Source of the DNA: Leptogorgia sarmentosa
Lineage: Eukaryota
Assembly: GCA_964658305.1 (NCBI GenBank)
Contig: OZ210885.1
Coordinates: forward strand, 18,228,001 to 18,292,000
Length of the DNA stretch: 64,000 bases
Direction of reading: 5' to 3'
Part shown: piece by piece, positions 50,340 through 62,644 of the stretch
Layout of the letters: every line of letters begins with the position of its first letter
How positions within the stretch are numbered: position 1 is the first letter of the stretch
Position numbers and translations under genes: made by a program
Notes under the pieces: generated by a model
Seen by the model: the letters and a program-made list of their open reading frames with translations, nothing else
Databases searched by the model: none
Told to the model about the DNA's origin: nothing

Positions 50340-52249
50340 TTTTGAGTTGAACGATGACGGGCTTGTCGACTCCGACGGTGCAATGGAGCCTGGACCCAAA
50401 CAAATCGCCGCACCCAGGGGGGTCACTACAGGTGACGCGGATCGACAGGGGTCGTGAGCCCCTCCCCCGTGCCATGATGCAACCGTGAGTGGCCTGAACG
50501 ATCCGGTGCTAACCACCTTCACGTCCAGGGATCCCTAACCTAATGATGGTGAAATGGTCAGACGATGATGTTAAGCTAAACAATTACAACATGAGCAGCA
50601 ACCCCTAGATCAACACCTGTGCAACCCGCTCGGAACAAGTCCAAGCGAACCACAGGGCAAAAAATTGGAACAAACAAACAACCCAATCCGATACAGGCAG
50701 TACAAGCAATAAAGGCGACCGCTAGATCTTCATGGGAGGACAATACGAACCAACATTAAACATAAAAACAGATGTGCTGTCCAGTCCAAGACAACGAGAC
50801 AAAAACAAAAAGCGTCCAGAAGGCGACGACAGTACAACCACTGAAGGCGACCATCGTGCCCCTAGACCACTACATAGAACATAGGGAACGAAAAGAGGAA
50901 AAGAGGGAGGAAAGAAAGAAAAAAGGGATCAGGTGATAAAATCCCTGGTAAAGCGGATCCAGTCTTGCTCTGTTAATGAGCCAATAACGCCGTCTGCCAG
51001 CCACTCGTGGACAAACCGGTCCCGAGGGCAATGCCGCTTGTGCATACGCACGAGAAAGCGGAAGGTGGTCTTAGCTTTCTTCAGGGTGGTAGGTATATCT
51101 GGGGCAACGTGATCAAACCGTTGGGCGTTGCGGCTCAACCAAATGGTGTGTCTTAGTACACCCAGCAAAGCAGAAAATACAGCGGGCACATGGCTAGTGG
51201 GAGGGAACCCAAATAAAATAGTACTCACTGGCAGTGAGGGCGCATTCGGCCGAAATTTACAAGAAATGGAGTGGAACCAGTCGATAATAGTGACTGAAAT
51301 TGGGCAAGAGGTAAACAAATGTAGCAGATTCTCTTGCTCTCCACAAGAGCACAGGGGATCCACCCTCATGCCAAATCGAACCAACCGATCGGCCGTGGGT
51401 AGGATGCCGTGGTATGACAGCCAAGCAGTGTCTTGCACTGACCTCACAAAGCGCCACAGGTGTAATGAGGCCCACGCAGCAGGCCATGCGACGTCGATAC
51501 CCTAGTCTCTAAACTTTGCCACGGAGCGATGCTCAACGGTGGAGGAACGCCGGAGCAGGGAATACCCTGTACGAGCAGTCAGCTCGGGGAGAGGAAGCAA
51601 TTGCCCAGAAGGACGAGGGATGACCCATTCGCCCTGCTCGATCCTACCCTTCAAGAGGACCCATGAGGAAAGTACACCCCTATAACAAGGAGGTAGTTTT
51701 TTTATTAAGTAGACTGGGATGGGATCCCTAGCCAAAACATCAGCAACCGACTGATTGAAAACCACCTCAATGTGGTGCGAAAAAAAAACAAGACCATGGG
51801 TGTAAGCGGTTAACAAAAAAGTGACGTAGCCAAACGGCACGAATGGACAAAATTTTAGTTGAGACGTCCACAATATTTAAACCACTGTCTCCGATGGGCT
51901 GGACCACGGATGTGCGTGCCATCCATTTGCGCTTTTTCCCCCAAACAAAAGGAAAAATTATTTTATTTATTTTAGCAATCGTCATTTTTGGCAGGTCGAA
52001 AATTGTCGCTTGGTACCAGAAGAGCGACAGCCCCAAGGTATTTACAGCTGATGCTGTTTCCATAGTGACAGTTGCTGGTCTAACTTTGCAACCAAGGAGT
52101 CCCAGTCAGCAGATTCTATGTTTGCAACCCGACACCCCAACACAGTTATGGCGTCGCTAGACCAATTGAGCTGAACAGGAAGGTCAACCCTATTCTTCCA
52201 GGTGCCAAAAAGAAGACCATGACTTTTAGTAATGTTTAATTTTGCGCCA

Positions 52250-55200
52250 GACGCTCTTTCGTATTTTTCAAAAAGAGAAAAAAGCGACTGCAGGGCCCGC
52301 TCGGAATGGACAATAACTGATGTGTTGTCGGCGTATTGAAAAATTTTTATGGTCTCACCATTGAACATTTGAAAACCATCAATATTGAGGTCCTTTTTTA
52401 TTGCACTGGAGATTGTCTCCGCCACAATGATATACAGTAATGGAGAAAGAGGACACCCTTGACGAACTCCACGAGTGATGGTAAAAGCATCGCTCACAAA
52501 ACCATTAACTAGGACGCGAGAAAAAATGTTAGTGTACAAGAGTTTGACCCATGCACAAAAGGATGGACCAAAATTCATCTTTTCTAAGGTGCGTAACATG
52601 AATCCCCAATCGACTCGATCAAAAGCCTTCTCTTGATCCAAAGAGATAATAGCTCCTCCAGTATTGTGGCGATTACAAAAGTTAACGACATCCTGTAACG
52701 TCCTGACATTCAGTCCGGAAAACCGGCCAGGAACACCACAAGCTTGGGATTCCGAGATAACGGAAGATAGTACTATTTTAAGGCGATTAGTAAGCACCTT
52801 AGATAAAATTTTATAATCGGTGCACAAGAGGGAAATGGGCCGCCAATTCTTGACGTCTAAACGATCATTTTTCTTAAAGAGAAGTGAGATTAATCCGGTT
52901 CTCTGAGAAAAAGAAAGAGCACCGCGTGCCAAGCAATCATTGTATACAGAAACTAAATCAGGTCCTAATGTGTCCCAAAAGGACTGGTAAAATTCGTATG
53001 GTAAGCCATCGAGACCCGGAGATTTGTTGTGATTAAAGGAATTCAAAGCTCGCTGACATTCAGATAATGTAACCTCTCCTTCACAAAGCTTAGCTTCTTC
53101 AGAAGAGAGAGATTTATCTAAACTGTTTATGAAAAAAGACTCATCCGAGGGAGATAAAAGAGATGCAGAAAAAAGCTGAACATAAAAAAGGCACCAAACT
53201 CGTAGAATGGCGGAAACAGATCTAACTATAGTACCATGTGCATCACGAATGCCAGTAAATAACCGGCGTGATGCTCTCGCTTTCTCCTGACGGAAAAAAA
53301 AGGCAGAAGAGGTTTCACCTTCCTCGGCCCACTGCTCTTTACTGCGAATGCGTGCGCCCTCCGCCGCATGTAGATGTTCCAGTTCAAGTTTTTCTTTGGT
53401 CTCTTTTATAAGGTGAGCTACGTCTTCGCCATTGGTTTCCCGCCGGTGAAGTTGTTCTAGAGTAGCTTCTAAGTTGTGTGTGGTTAACCGCCGTGACTTA
53501 GCCTTGCCACGAGAAAAATGTCGGATCTTATCTTTCAACCGAGCTTTGCCCGCATCCCACCAAACGGCCAAGGACGGAAAGGTCTCTTTTTCGGACCGCC
53601 ACGAAACCCAAAAAGAACGGACCTCTGCGCACAGACCTCTGCGCACAGATTTTCATCGTGCAACAGCGAGGTATTCAATTTCCATACCCCAGGACCTCGT
53701 TCAGGCAGAGTCGGAAAAGTCACTTGAAGAAAAACGTACGAGTGATCGGAACGAAAAAAAGGGAGGATAGACACCTCGGAGACATGTTCGTGCAGGGAAG
53801 AAGATATCCAAAACATATCCAATCTGGATGCTTGGGAACCATTGGCTCGACGCCATGTGTAAGCACGTTCATTTGGGTGGTGTAAACGCCACGTGTCAAC
53901 GAGATCACACCTATTAGTTAAGGGGGAAAGAGGGGCAGGCCAGTTATAGGCCCAGGGAGAATCTGGATTACACCCTAACCGGTCGACCTGTGGGTCAACG
54001 GCAACATTGAAATCCCCACACAAAATTGTGGGAAGGGCTGGATCGATCTTCTGGTGTAAGGAGGAAAAAAATTCTATGCCAGGGTTTTTTTGATTCGGAC
54101 CATATATATTAACGACCTGAAACACAGATTCACGGTTGATATGTTTAAAGCAGGCTACTATAAGTCTTGCTAAAAGCAACTATCCGATCCATCATCGGAA
54201 AGGGCACCGCTTTCTGGAAAAGGGCGCTGAGAAAAAAGAGTTTCTTCAGAAGCGACATTTGCTTCTGGTCGTAAAAGATTCAAGGGGCCAGCTGCAGTAG
54301 AGGAGCTAGCACCAGCCGGGGCGACAGGGGTTAAAAGGGAATCCGATAATTCGTTTCCAAGGTCCGAAATCGATCCATCAACAGTGAAATCCAAATCTGA
54401 CATACCTTCAATAGGAGGAGTGCCAATCGTTAAGGAGGGGAACATTCTCAGGAAGAGTAGAATGCTCAACCTCTGGATGGACAGTCGCAGGGGGCACTTC
54501 ACGCGAAGATGCATCATCACTCTCCACGTGGGTATTCTTGCGGAGAGGAGAACGTGAACGGTCCTTACCAGCAGATTTGGAGGACCGACGGCGCTTACGA
54601 CGAGGCGGTGGGGTAGGAGGGAGTTCTTTAGGCCGGGAACTACTTGCCTCTGGTGTCTGGGAGTCGCCAGCTCCTGATGGAGCAAGAGGCACATCTGAAG
54701 TAGGGGCGCTGCCCGAACTTCCGGATGTCGTGCGAGGCTCAGAGGACACCGAGTCCAGTAAATTGGCCATGGTTGCATGAACCTGCACATTCTCTTGGCC
54801 CTCCATGGGCCGCACCTCACTATTTGGAGGTTCATTTTGACCCTGTGTTGTCTCGCCACCAGCAGGCCGAGAATTAGCGGGGCAAGACGACCGATTGTGG
54901 CCTTCTTGGCCACAGCCAAAACAAAGGCGTTTCTGGCCTTTATGGTGAACGAAGCACCAATGGCCGGCGATGCGCATACAGAAAGGTATTGGTTGGCGGA
55001 TTTCCATTAATACATGTCTCACACCGGTGTATATGTGTGAGTAGACCTCAAACCAATTTTTTTTAATTTCACCGAAACCACTCAACGCTTTTGTGATTTC
55101 TGTGTCAGGCACGCCGTATGACAAGCGGGTAACGTTTACCCAGGTATATTTCGAAATGGGCCTGAATGTTACAGGGAGGCCTCGCACAAGCAAACCGGAG

Positions 55201-58200
55201 TGCTTGGCTGCCTCCATCTTCCGCGCACCCTTAAAGGTGACTCAGAATGGGCACGGGGCCATCATAACGATAGCCTCTAAAACGGAGGTGTAGTCAGTAA
55301 CTTGACTACGAAAGTCATCGATGACCTCCTTCACGTTGGCTCTATGAGCCTCTATTTGATCCGAGAGGATCACATCACAAGTGCGATTCACGTGAGGAAT
55401 CATCCTCACCAGAGGAGGTTGGACAGCAGACCGCAAAGCATCATGGGTAATGAGCTTCTGAATGCACGTGCGGCCTCATTTGTGTTTTGACTGCCGCGAA
55501 GTAAACATCTCTATGGCAGAATAATTTGGACGCCTTTGAATCTACAAATTGGAAAATAACCCGATATACTTCCGTTGTTGCGATTCTTTCGATGAATGCC
55601 GTTTTACTTACTCCAATTTCACCGTTTTTAAGTTGCGTGGCTTTCAATTGCGACAATTTCATTGACTTTCCGTGTATCGCCATTGTGAAAGTATATTAGT
55701 ATATTAGTATAAAGTATAAACCATATTTCAGGTACATTATGATTATAAACTGCAATGCATTCAAAACCAACTTGTTCTCTTGTCAAAATGTACAGTGTAC
55801 TTTAATATTAGTGTACAGATGTCTCTTTATTTTCAAATAATCTACTGGTTATACAATGCATATTCTCTGTATATTTAATTTGTCTAAGTATAATGAGCAA
55901 AGTTTTATTAATGACACTATCAAGTTACATTGCATAGCATGACAACATATGTGTTACAAATAAAATAATTATAAAATAACATATCTATTTTATGTTCTGA
56001 ATCATCATCATCATCCTTGAACCTCTGGGTGTTCCACTCCCTGCAAGAGGCTGCTCTGGTACTTGCCCTTGTCCTGGGGAGGGACCACATCTCAATTTGC
56101 CAAGGACAATTACAGGATATGCTGTTTACTAGATAGAAAATCGTTCATGTGAAGGTAGAAGAACAACAATATGCTAGTCCAATGCTGACATCCTCATCAC
56201 TCCACATAATAGCACCTACACATGTATAATACAAAAATATAATGAACCACTAACAATGGCCAGCTTGCATAGGCATGATGTGAAAGAATAATACAGTATG
56301 CACATATAGATATGAAAGGTCTACGCATTTGTGCCCATGGTTTCTTCCCAAATGTTGACCAGTTGGGAAATTATGAAGCCAAAATTAGCTACATACTGTT
56401 TATACATAAAATACTGGCATTCAATCAAAGATGATACGGTAACAGACTTGTTATTACACATGCACACGCATTAAATAAAAAAAAAACAGGCAAATAATGC
56501 CTGAATCTTCTAAGTATTCTTTTAAAATTAGCCTAGAACTGTGAGAAACAAGCTTTGGTGCGGCGATGTCGTCCCGAAGCATTGCACGCCATTTTGACAA
56601 ACGTTGAATTGCCTATGGTCAGTTTAGTGCGAAATATCTCAAAATCTGCCGGGGGATCTCGGGGATCTCTCCAGCAGATTTTAAGTTTAGGCATTTGTCT
56701 TGACTTTTTTGCAAAAATTACGAAAATCGAACCGTGGGAACTCCAGATTTTTTAATTTGAAATTTGTAAACAGAAACAGACTTCGGCCATTACGCCGAGA
56801 CGACATGGCCAACTTTAATGACCAAAATAATATTGAAAAATAGCATTTACCTGAGTAATTCTTGCATAGATCGCTAGCTCATTCATAATACTTCGGTCAC
56901 GCTTCGATTTTATGTGCAAAATTAGTATATATATGACGCTCTTTCGTATTTTTCAAAAAGAGAAAAAAGCGACTGCAGGGCCCGCTCGGAATGGACAATA
57001 ACTGATGTGTCGTCGGCGTATTGAAAAATTTTTATGGTCTCACCATTGAACATTTGAAAACCATCAATATTGAGGTCCTTTTTTATTGCACTGGAGATTG
57101 TCTCCGCCACAATGATATACAGTAATGGAGAAAGAGGACACCCTTGACGAACTCCACGAGTGATGGTAAAAGCATCGCTCACAAAACCATTAACTAGGAC
57201 GCGAGAAAAAATGTTAGTGTACAAGAGTTTGACCCATGCACAAAAGGATGGACCAAAATTCATCTTTTCTAAGGTGCGTAACATGAATCCCCAATCGACT
57301 CGATCAAAAGCCTTCTCTTGATCCAAAGAGATAATAGCTCCTCCAGTATTGTGGCGATTACAAAAGTTAACGACATCCTGTAACGTCCTGACATTCAGTC
57401 CGGAAAACCGGCCAGGAACACCACAAGCTTGGGATTCCGAGATAACGGAAGATAGTACTATTTTAAGGCGATTAGTAAGCACCTTAGATAAAATTTTATA
57501 ATCGGTGCACAAGAGGGAAATGGGCCGCCAATTCTTGACGTCTAAACGATCATTTTTCTTAAAGAGAAGTGAGATTAATCCGGTTCTCTGAGAAAAAGAA
57601 AGAGCACCGCGTGCCAAGCAATCATTGTATACAGAAACTAAATCAGGTCCTAATGTGTCCCAAAAGGACTGGTAAAATTCGTATGGTAAGCCATCGAGAC
57701 CCGGAGATTTGTTGTGATTAAAGGAATTCAAAGCTCGCTGACATTCAGATAATGTAACCTCTCCTTCACAAAGCTTAGCTTCTTCAGAAGAGAGAGATTT
57801 ATCTAAACTGTTTATGAAAAAAGACTCATCCGAGGGAGATAAAAGAGATGCAGAAAAAAGCTGAACATAAAAAAGGCACCAAACTCGTAGAATGGCGGAA
57901 ACAGATCTAACTATAGTACCATGTGCATCACGAATGCCAGTAAATAACCGGCGTGATGCTCTCGCTTTCTCCTGACGGAAAAAAAAGGCAGAAGAGGTTT
58001 CACCTTCCTCGGCCCACTGCTCTTTACTGCGAATGCGTGCGCCCTCCGCCGCATGTAGATGTTCCAGTTCAAGTTTTTCTTTGGTCTCTTTTATAAGGTG
58101 AGCTACGTCTTCGCCATTGGTTTCCCGCCGGTGAAGTTGTTCTAGAGTAGCTTCTAAGTTGTGTGTGGTTAACCGCCGTGACTTAGCCTTGCCACGAGAA

Positions 58201-61200
58201 AAATGTCGGATCTTATCTTTCAACCGAGCTTTGCCCGCATCCCACCAAACGGCCAAGGACGGAAAGGTCTCTTTTTCGGACCGCCACGAAACCCAAAAAG
58301 AACGGACCTCTGCGCACAGACCTCTGCGCACAGATTTTCATCGTGCAACAGCGAGGTATTCAATTTCCATACCCCAGGACCTCGTTCAGGCAGAGTCGGA
58401 AAAGTCACTTGAAGAAAAACGTACGAGTGATCGGAACGAAAAAAAGGGAGGATAGACACCTCGGAGACATGTTCGTGCAGGGAAGAAGATATCCAAAACA
58501 TATCCAATCTGGATGCTTGGGAACCATTGGCTCGACGCCATGTGTAAGCACGTTCATTTGGGTGGTGTAAACGCCACGTGTCAACGAGATCACACCTATT
58601 AGTTAAGGGGGAAAGAGGGGCAGGCCAGTTATAGGCCCAGGGAGAATCTGGATTACACCCTAACCGGTCGACCTGTGGGTCAACGGCAACATTGAAATCC
58701 CCACACAAAATTGTGGGAAGGGCTGGATCGATCTTCTGGTGTAAGGAGGAAAAAAATTCTATGCCAGGGTTTTTTTGATTCGGACCATATATATTAACGA
58801 CCTGAAACACAGATTCACGGTTGATATGTTTAAAGCAGGCTACTATAAGTCTTGCTAAAAGCAACTATCCGATCCATCATCGGAAAGGGCACCGCTTTCT
58901 GGAAAAGGGCGCTGAGAAAAAAGAGTTTCTTCAGAAGCGACATTTGCTTCTGGTCGTAAAAGATTCAAGGGGCCAGCTGCAGTAGAGGAGCTAGCACCAG
59001 CCGGGGCGACAGGGGTTAAAAGGGAATCCGATAATTCGTTTCCAAGGTCCGAAATCGATCCATCAACAGTGAAATCCAAATCTGACATACCTTCAATAGG
59101 AGGAGTGCCAATCGTTAAGGAGGGGAACATTCTCAGGAAGAGTAGAATGCTCAACCTCTGGATGGACAGTCGCAGGGGGCACTTCACGCGAAGATGCATC
59201 ATCACTCTCCACGTGGGTATTCTTGCGGAGAGGAGAACGTGAACGGTCCTTACCAGCAGATTTGGAGGACCGACGGCGCTTACGACGAGGCGGTGGGGTA
59301 GGAGGGAGTTCTTTAGGCCGGGAACTACTTGCCTCTGGTGTCTGGGAGTCGCCAGCTCCTGATGGAGCAAGAGGCACATCTGAAGTAGGGGCGCTGCCCG
59401 AACTTCCGGATGTCGTGCGAGGCTCAGAGGACACCGAGTCCAGTAAATTGGCCATGGTTGCATGAACCTGCACATTCTCTTGGCCCTCCATGGGCCGCAC
59501 CTCACTATTTGGAGGTTCATTTTGACCCTGTGTTGTCTCGCCACCAGCAGGCCGAGAATTAGCGGGGCAAGACGACCGATTGTGGCCTTCTTGGCCACAG
59601 CCAAAACAAAGGCGTTTCTGGCCTTTATGGTGAACGAAGCACCAATGGCCGGCGATGCGCATACAGAAAGGTATTGGTTGGCGGATTTCCATTAATACAT
59701 GTCTCACACCGGTGTATATGTGTGAGTAGACCTCAAACCAATTTTTTTTAATTTCACCGAAACCACTCAACGCTTTTGTGATTTCTGTGTCAGGCACGCC
59801 GTATGACAAGCGGGTAACGTTTACCCAGGTATATTTCGAAATGGGCCTGAATGTTACAGGGAGGCCTCGCACAAGCAAACCGGAGTGCTTGGCTGCCTCC
59901 ATCTTCCGCGCACCCTTAAAGGTGACTCAGAATGGGCACGGGGCCATCATAACGATAGCCTCTAAAACGGAGGTGTAGTCAGTAACTTGACTACGAAAGT
60001 CATCGATGACCTCCTTCACGTTGGCTCTATGAGCCTCTATTTGATCCGAGAGGATCACATCACAAGTGCGATTCACGTGAGGAATCATCCTCACCAGAGG
60101 AGGTTGGACAGCAGACCGCAAAGCATCATGGGTAATGAGCTTCTGAATGCACGTGCGGCCTCATTTGTGTTTTGACTGCCGCGAAGTAAACATCTCTATG
60201 GCAGAATAATTTGGACGCCTTTGAATCTACAAATTGGAAAATAACCCGATATACTTCCGTTGTTGCGATTCTTTCGATGAATGCCGTTTTACTTACTCCA
60301 ATTTCACCGTTTTTAAGTTGCGTGGCTTTCAATTGCGACAATTTCATTGACTTTCCGTGTATCGCCATTGTGAAAGTATATTAGTATATTAGTATAAAGT
60401 ATAAACCATATTTCAGGTACATTATGATTATAAACTGCAATGCATTCAAAACCAACTTGTTCTCTTGTCAAAATGTACAGTGTACTTTAATATTAGTGTA
60501 CAGATGTCTCTTTATTTTCAAATAATCTACTGGTTATACAATGCATATTCTCTGTATATTTAATTTGTCTAAGTATAATGAGCAAAGTTTTATTAATGAC
60601 ACTATCAAGTTACATTGCATAGCATGACAACATATGTGTTACAAATAAAATAATTATAAAATAACATATCTATTTTATGTTCTGAATCATCATCATCATC
60701 CTTGAACCTCTGGGTGTTCCACTCCCTGCAAGAGGCTGCTCTGGTACTTGCCCTTGTCCTGGGGAGGGACCACATCTCAATTTGCCAAGGACAATTACAG
60801 GATATGCTGTTTACTAGATAGAAAATCGTTCATGTGAAGGTAGAAGAACAACAATATGCTAGTCCAATGCTGACATCCTCATCACTCCACATAATAGCAC
60901 CTACACATGTATAATACAAAAATATAATGAACCACTAACAATGGCCAGCTTGCATAGGCATGATGTGAAAGAATAATACAGTATGCACATATAGATATGA
61001 AAGGTCTACGCATTTGTGCCCATGGTTTCTTCCCAAATGTTGACCAGTTGGGAAATTATGAAGCCAAAATTAGCTACATACTGTTTATACATAAAATACT
61101 GGCATTCAATCAAAGATGATACGGTAACAGACTTGTTATTACACATGCACACGCATTAAATAAAAAAAAAACAGGCAAATAATGCCTGAATCTTCTAAGT

Positions 61201-61619
61201 ATTCTTTTAAAATTAGCCTAGAACTGTGAGAAACAAGCTTTGGTGCGGCGATGTCGTCCCGAAGCATTGCACGCCATTTTGACAAACGTTGAATTGCCTA
61301 TGGTCAGTTTAGTGCGAAATATCTCAAAATCTGCCGGGGGATCTCGGGGATCTCTCCAGCAGATTTTAAGTTTAGGCATTTGTCTTGACTTTTTTGCAAA
61401 AATTACGAAAATCGAACCGTGGGAACTCCAGATTTTTTAATTTGAAATTTGTAAACAGAAACAGACTTCGGCCATTACGCCGAGACGACATGGCCAACTT
61501 TAATGACCAAAATAATATTGAAAAATAGCATTTACCTGAGTAATTCTTGCATAGATCGCTAGCTCATTCATAATACTTCGGTCACGCTTCGATTTTATGT
61601 GCAAAATTAGTATATATAT
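52250..61619. repeat. 4685-bp tandem duplication (52250-56934 and 56935-61619)
   Basis: All ORFs recur at an offset of 4685. The only difference noticed is YADN versus YADD (52326/57011). Confidence 0.95.
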
Positions 61620-61746
61620 GCATACTTTTTGAGTTTTTATGCGTCTAATGCAAATTAAAAGAACAAAAATTTTCGCGAATACGATGGAAAATTAGCGCGA
61701 TTTGATTGGTCGAGAAATTCACGTGACAGCTGTCCAACCTCCTCTG
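60095..61746. mobile_element. Non-autonomous DNA transposon, 18-bp TIR CAGAGGAGGTTGGACAGC, 9-bp TSD CATCCTCAC (truncated duplicate at 55410-56934)
   Basis: TSD at 60086-60094 and 61747-61755; the empty site is visible in copy A1 near 10937. Confidence 0.85.
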
Positions 61747-61803
61747 CATCCTCACCACACGATATTACTATACGATAATTATGTTTTATTTACTAAATTA
61801 CAT

Positions 61804-62160
61804 ACGAGAACTAAAGTCTCGCAAAAAAGTAAAGAGAAAAAAGGAGAAAAAGGGCTTAAGACGAGAACCAGGTCTCGCGAACTAAATTAGACGAGAACCA
61901 AGTCTCGAAAATACACTAAACCGAGAACGAAGTCTCGAGAACTAAATTAAACGAGAACCAAGTCTCGAAAAAACACTAATTTGAAAACCAAGTCACGAAA
62001 AAGGGGGACGAGAACCAAGTCTCGACTAACCAAGGTGACTTAAAACGAGAACCAAGTCTCGAAAACTACCTAAACCGAGAACCGAGTCTCGAACACACAC
62101 TTAAACTAAACCGAGAACCGAGTCTCGAAAACTAACTAAAGCGAGAACCTAGTCTCGAAA
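61804..62160. repeat. Family A 5' UTR hairpin array
   Basis: About 11 CGAGAACCAAGTCTCG units. Confidence 0.88.
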
Positions 62161-62362
62161 AGGACGGAAAGCAGAGAAGAGGAACGAATCCCTCTAAAAA
62201 GAAAGGGAAAAGGAGCCTATCCTAACGATTCCCCCTAGAGGGCCTCGCAGAAAGGCACAGCCACGCGGTGTACCACCAAGGCGGAAGCCAAGGAGGCCTG
62301 AACCGACCGACACGAACCAAAGGAACGGACTGGACAGCACAGGGACGGACACCACAGGAAGA

Positions 62363-62381
62363 CAAAAGGCCGAGAAGCGAT
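62363..62381 (-). pseudogene. U2: U2 snRNA nt 1-19
   Basis: ATCGCTTCTCGGCCTTTTG. Confidence 0.92.
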
Positions 62382-62644
62382 GCCTTCTTCGCCGTTCCAA
62401 GCCATTTTTTAAGCGAGAAAAGCAAGGTGAAAAAATGCGGTCCTCCTTCACGCCGCAATCAGCAGCCGCGGCGGCTGCGAAATTGCAAGCAAAACGAGCC
62501 GCAAACGTTGTGGCACACGGTGATGATGACGGGTACAATCAATCGTTTGTGCGCTGCTAATTAATTCGGCTGCACGGGCGAAACTTCTCGCGACGCACTC
62601 GTGTTCTCCACGAATTTCTGGCGATTTTTTGGCAGGCGCACGTG
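62382..62644 (-). promoter_or_regulatory. U2 upstream (promoter) flank
   Basis: Third copy of the flank, directly upstream of U2 +1. Confidence 0.75.

Larger units (their letters stand above)
50340..62362 (-). mobile_element. Tx1 family A copy 4 in U2; N-terminus of the endonuclease deleted; carries a DNA transposon and an internal tandem duplication
   Basis: 3' junction at U2 nt 22, 5' junction after U2 nt 19. ORF2 pieces 50929-54170; ORF1 54170-55400 (duplicated at +4685). Confidence 0.9.

Noticed and set aside
49967..50413. 148-aa ORF as a standalone gene
   Set aside because: Chance in-frame fusion of Tx1 3' UTR, 17 nt of U2 and the Utopia endonuclease fragment.
62413..62430. Firm PSE call for TCACCTTGCTTTTCTCGC
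   Set aside because: Only the TCACC start fits, it is closer to +1 than usual, and no clear counterpart lies upstream of U1; kept only as a candidate.
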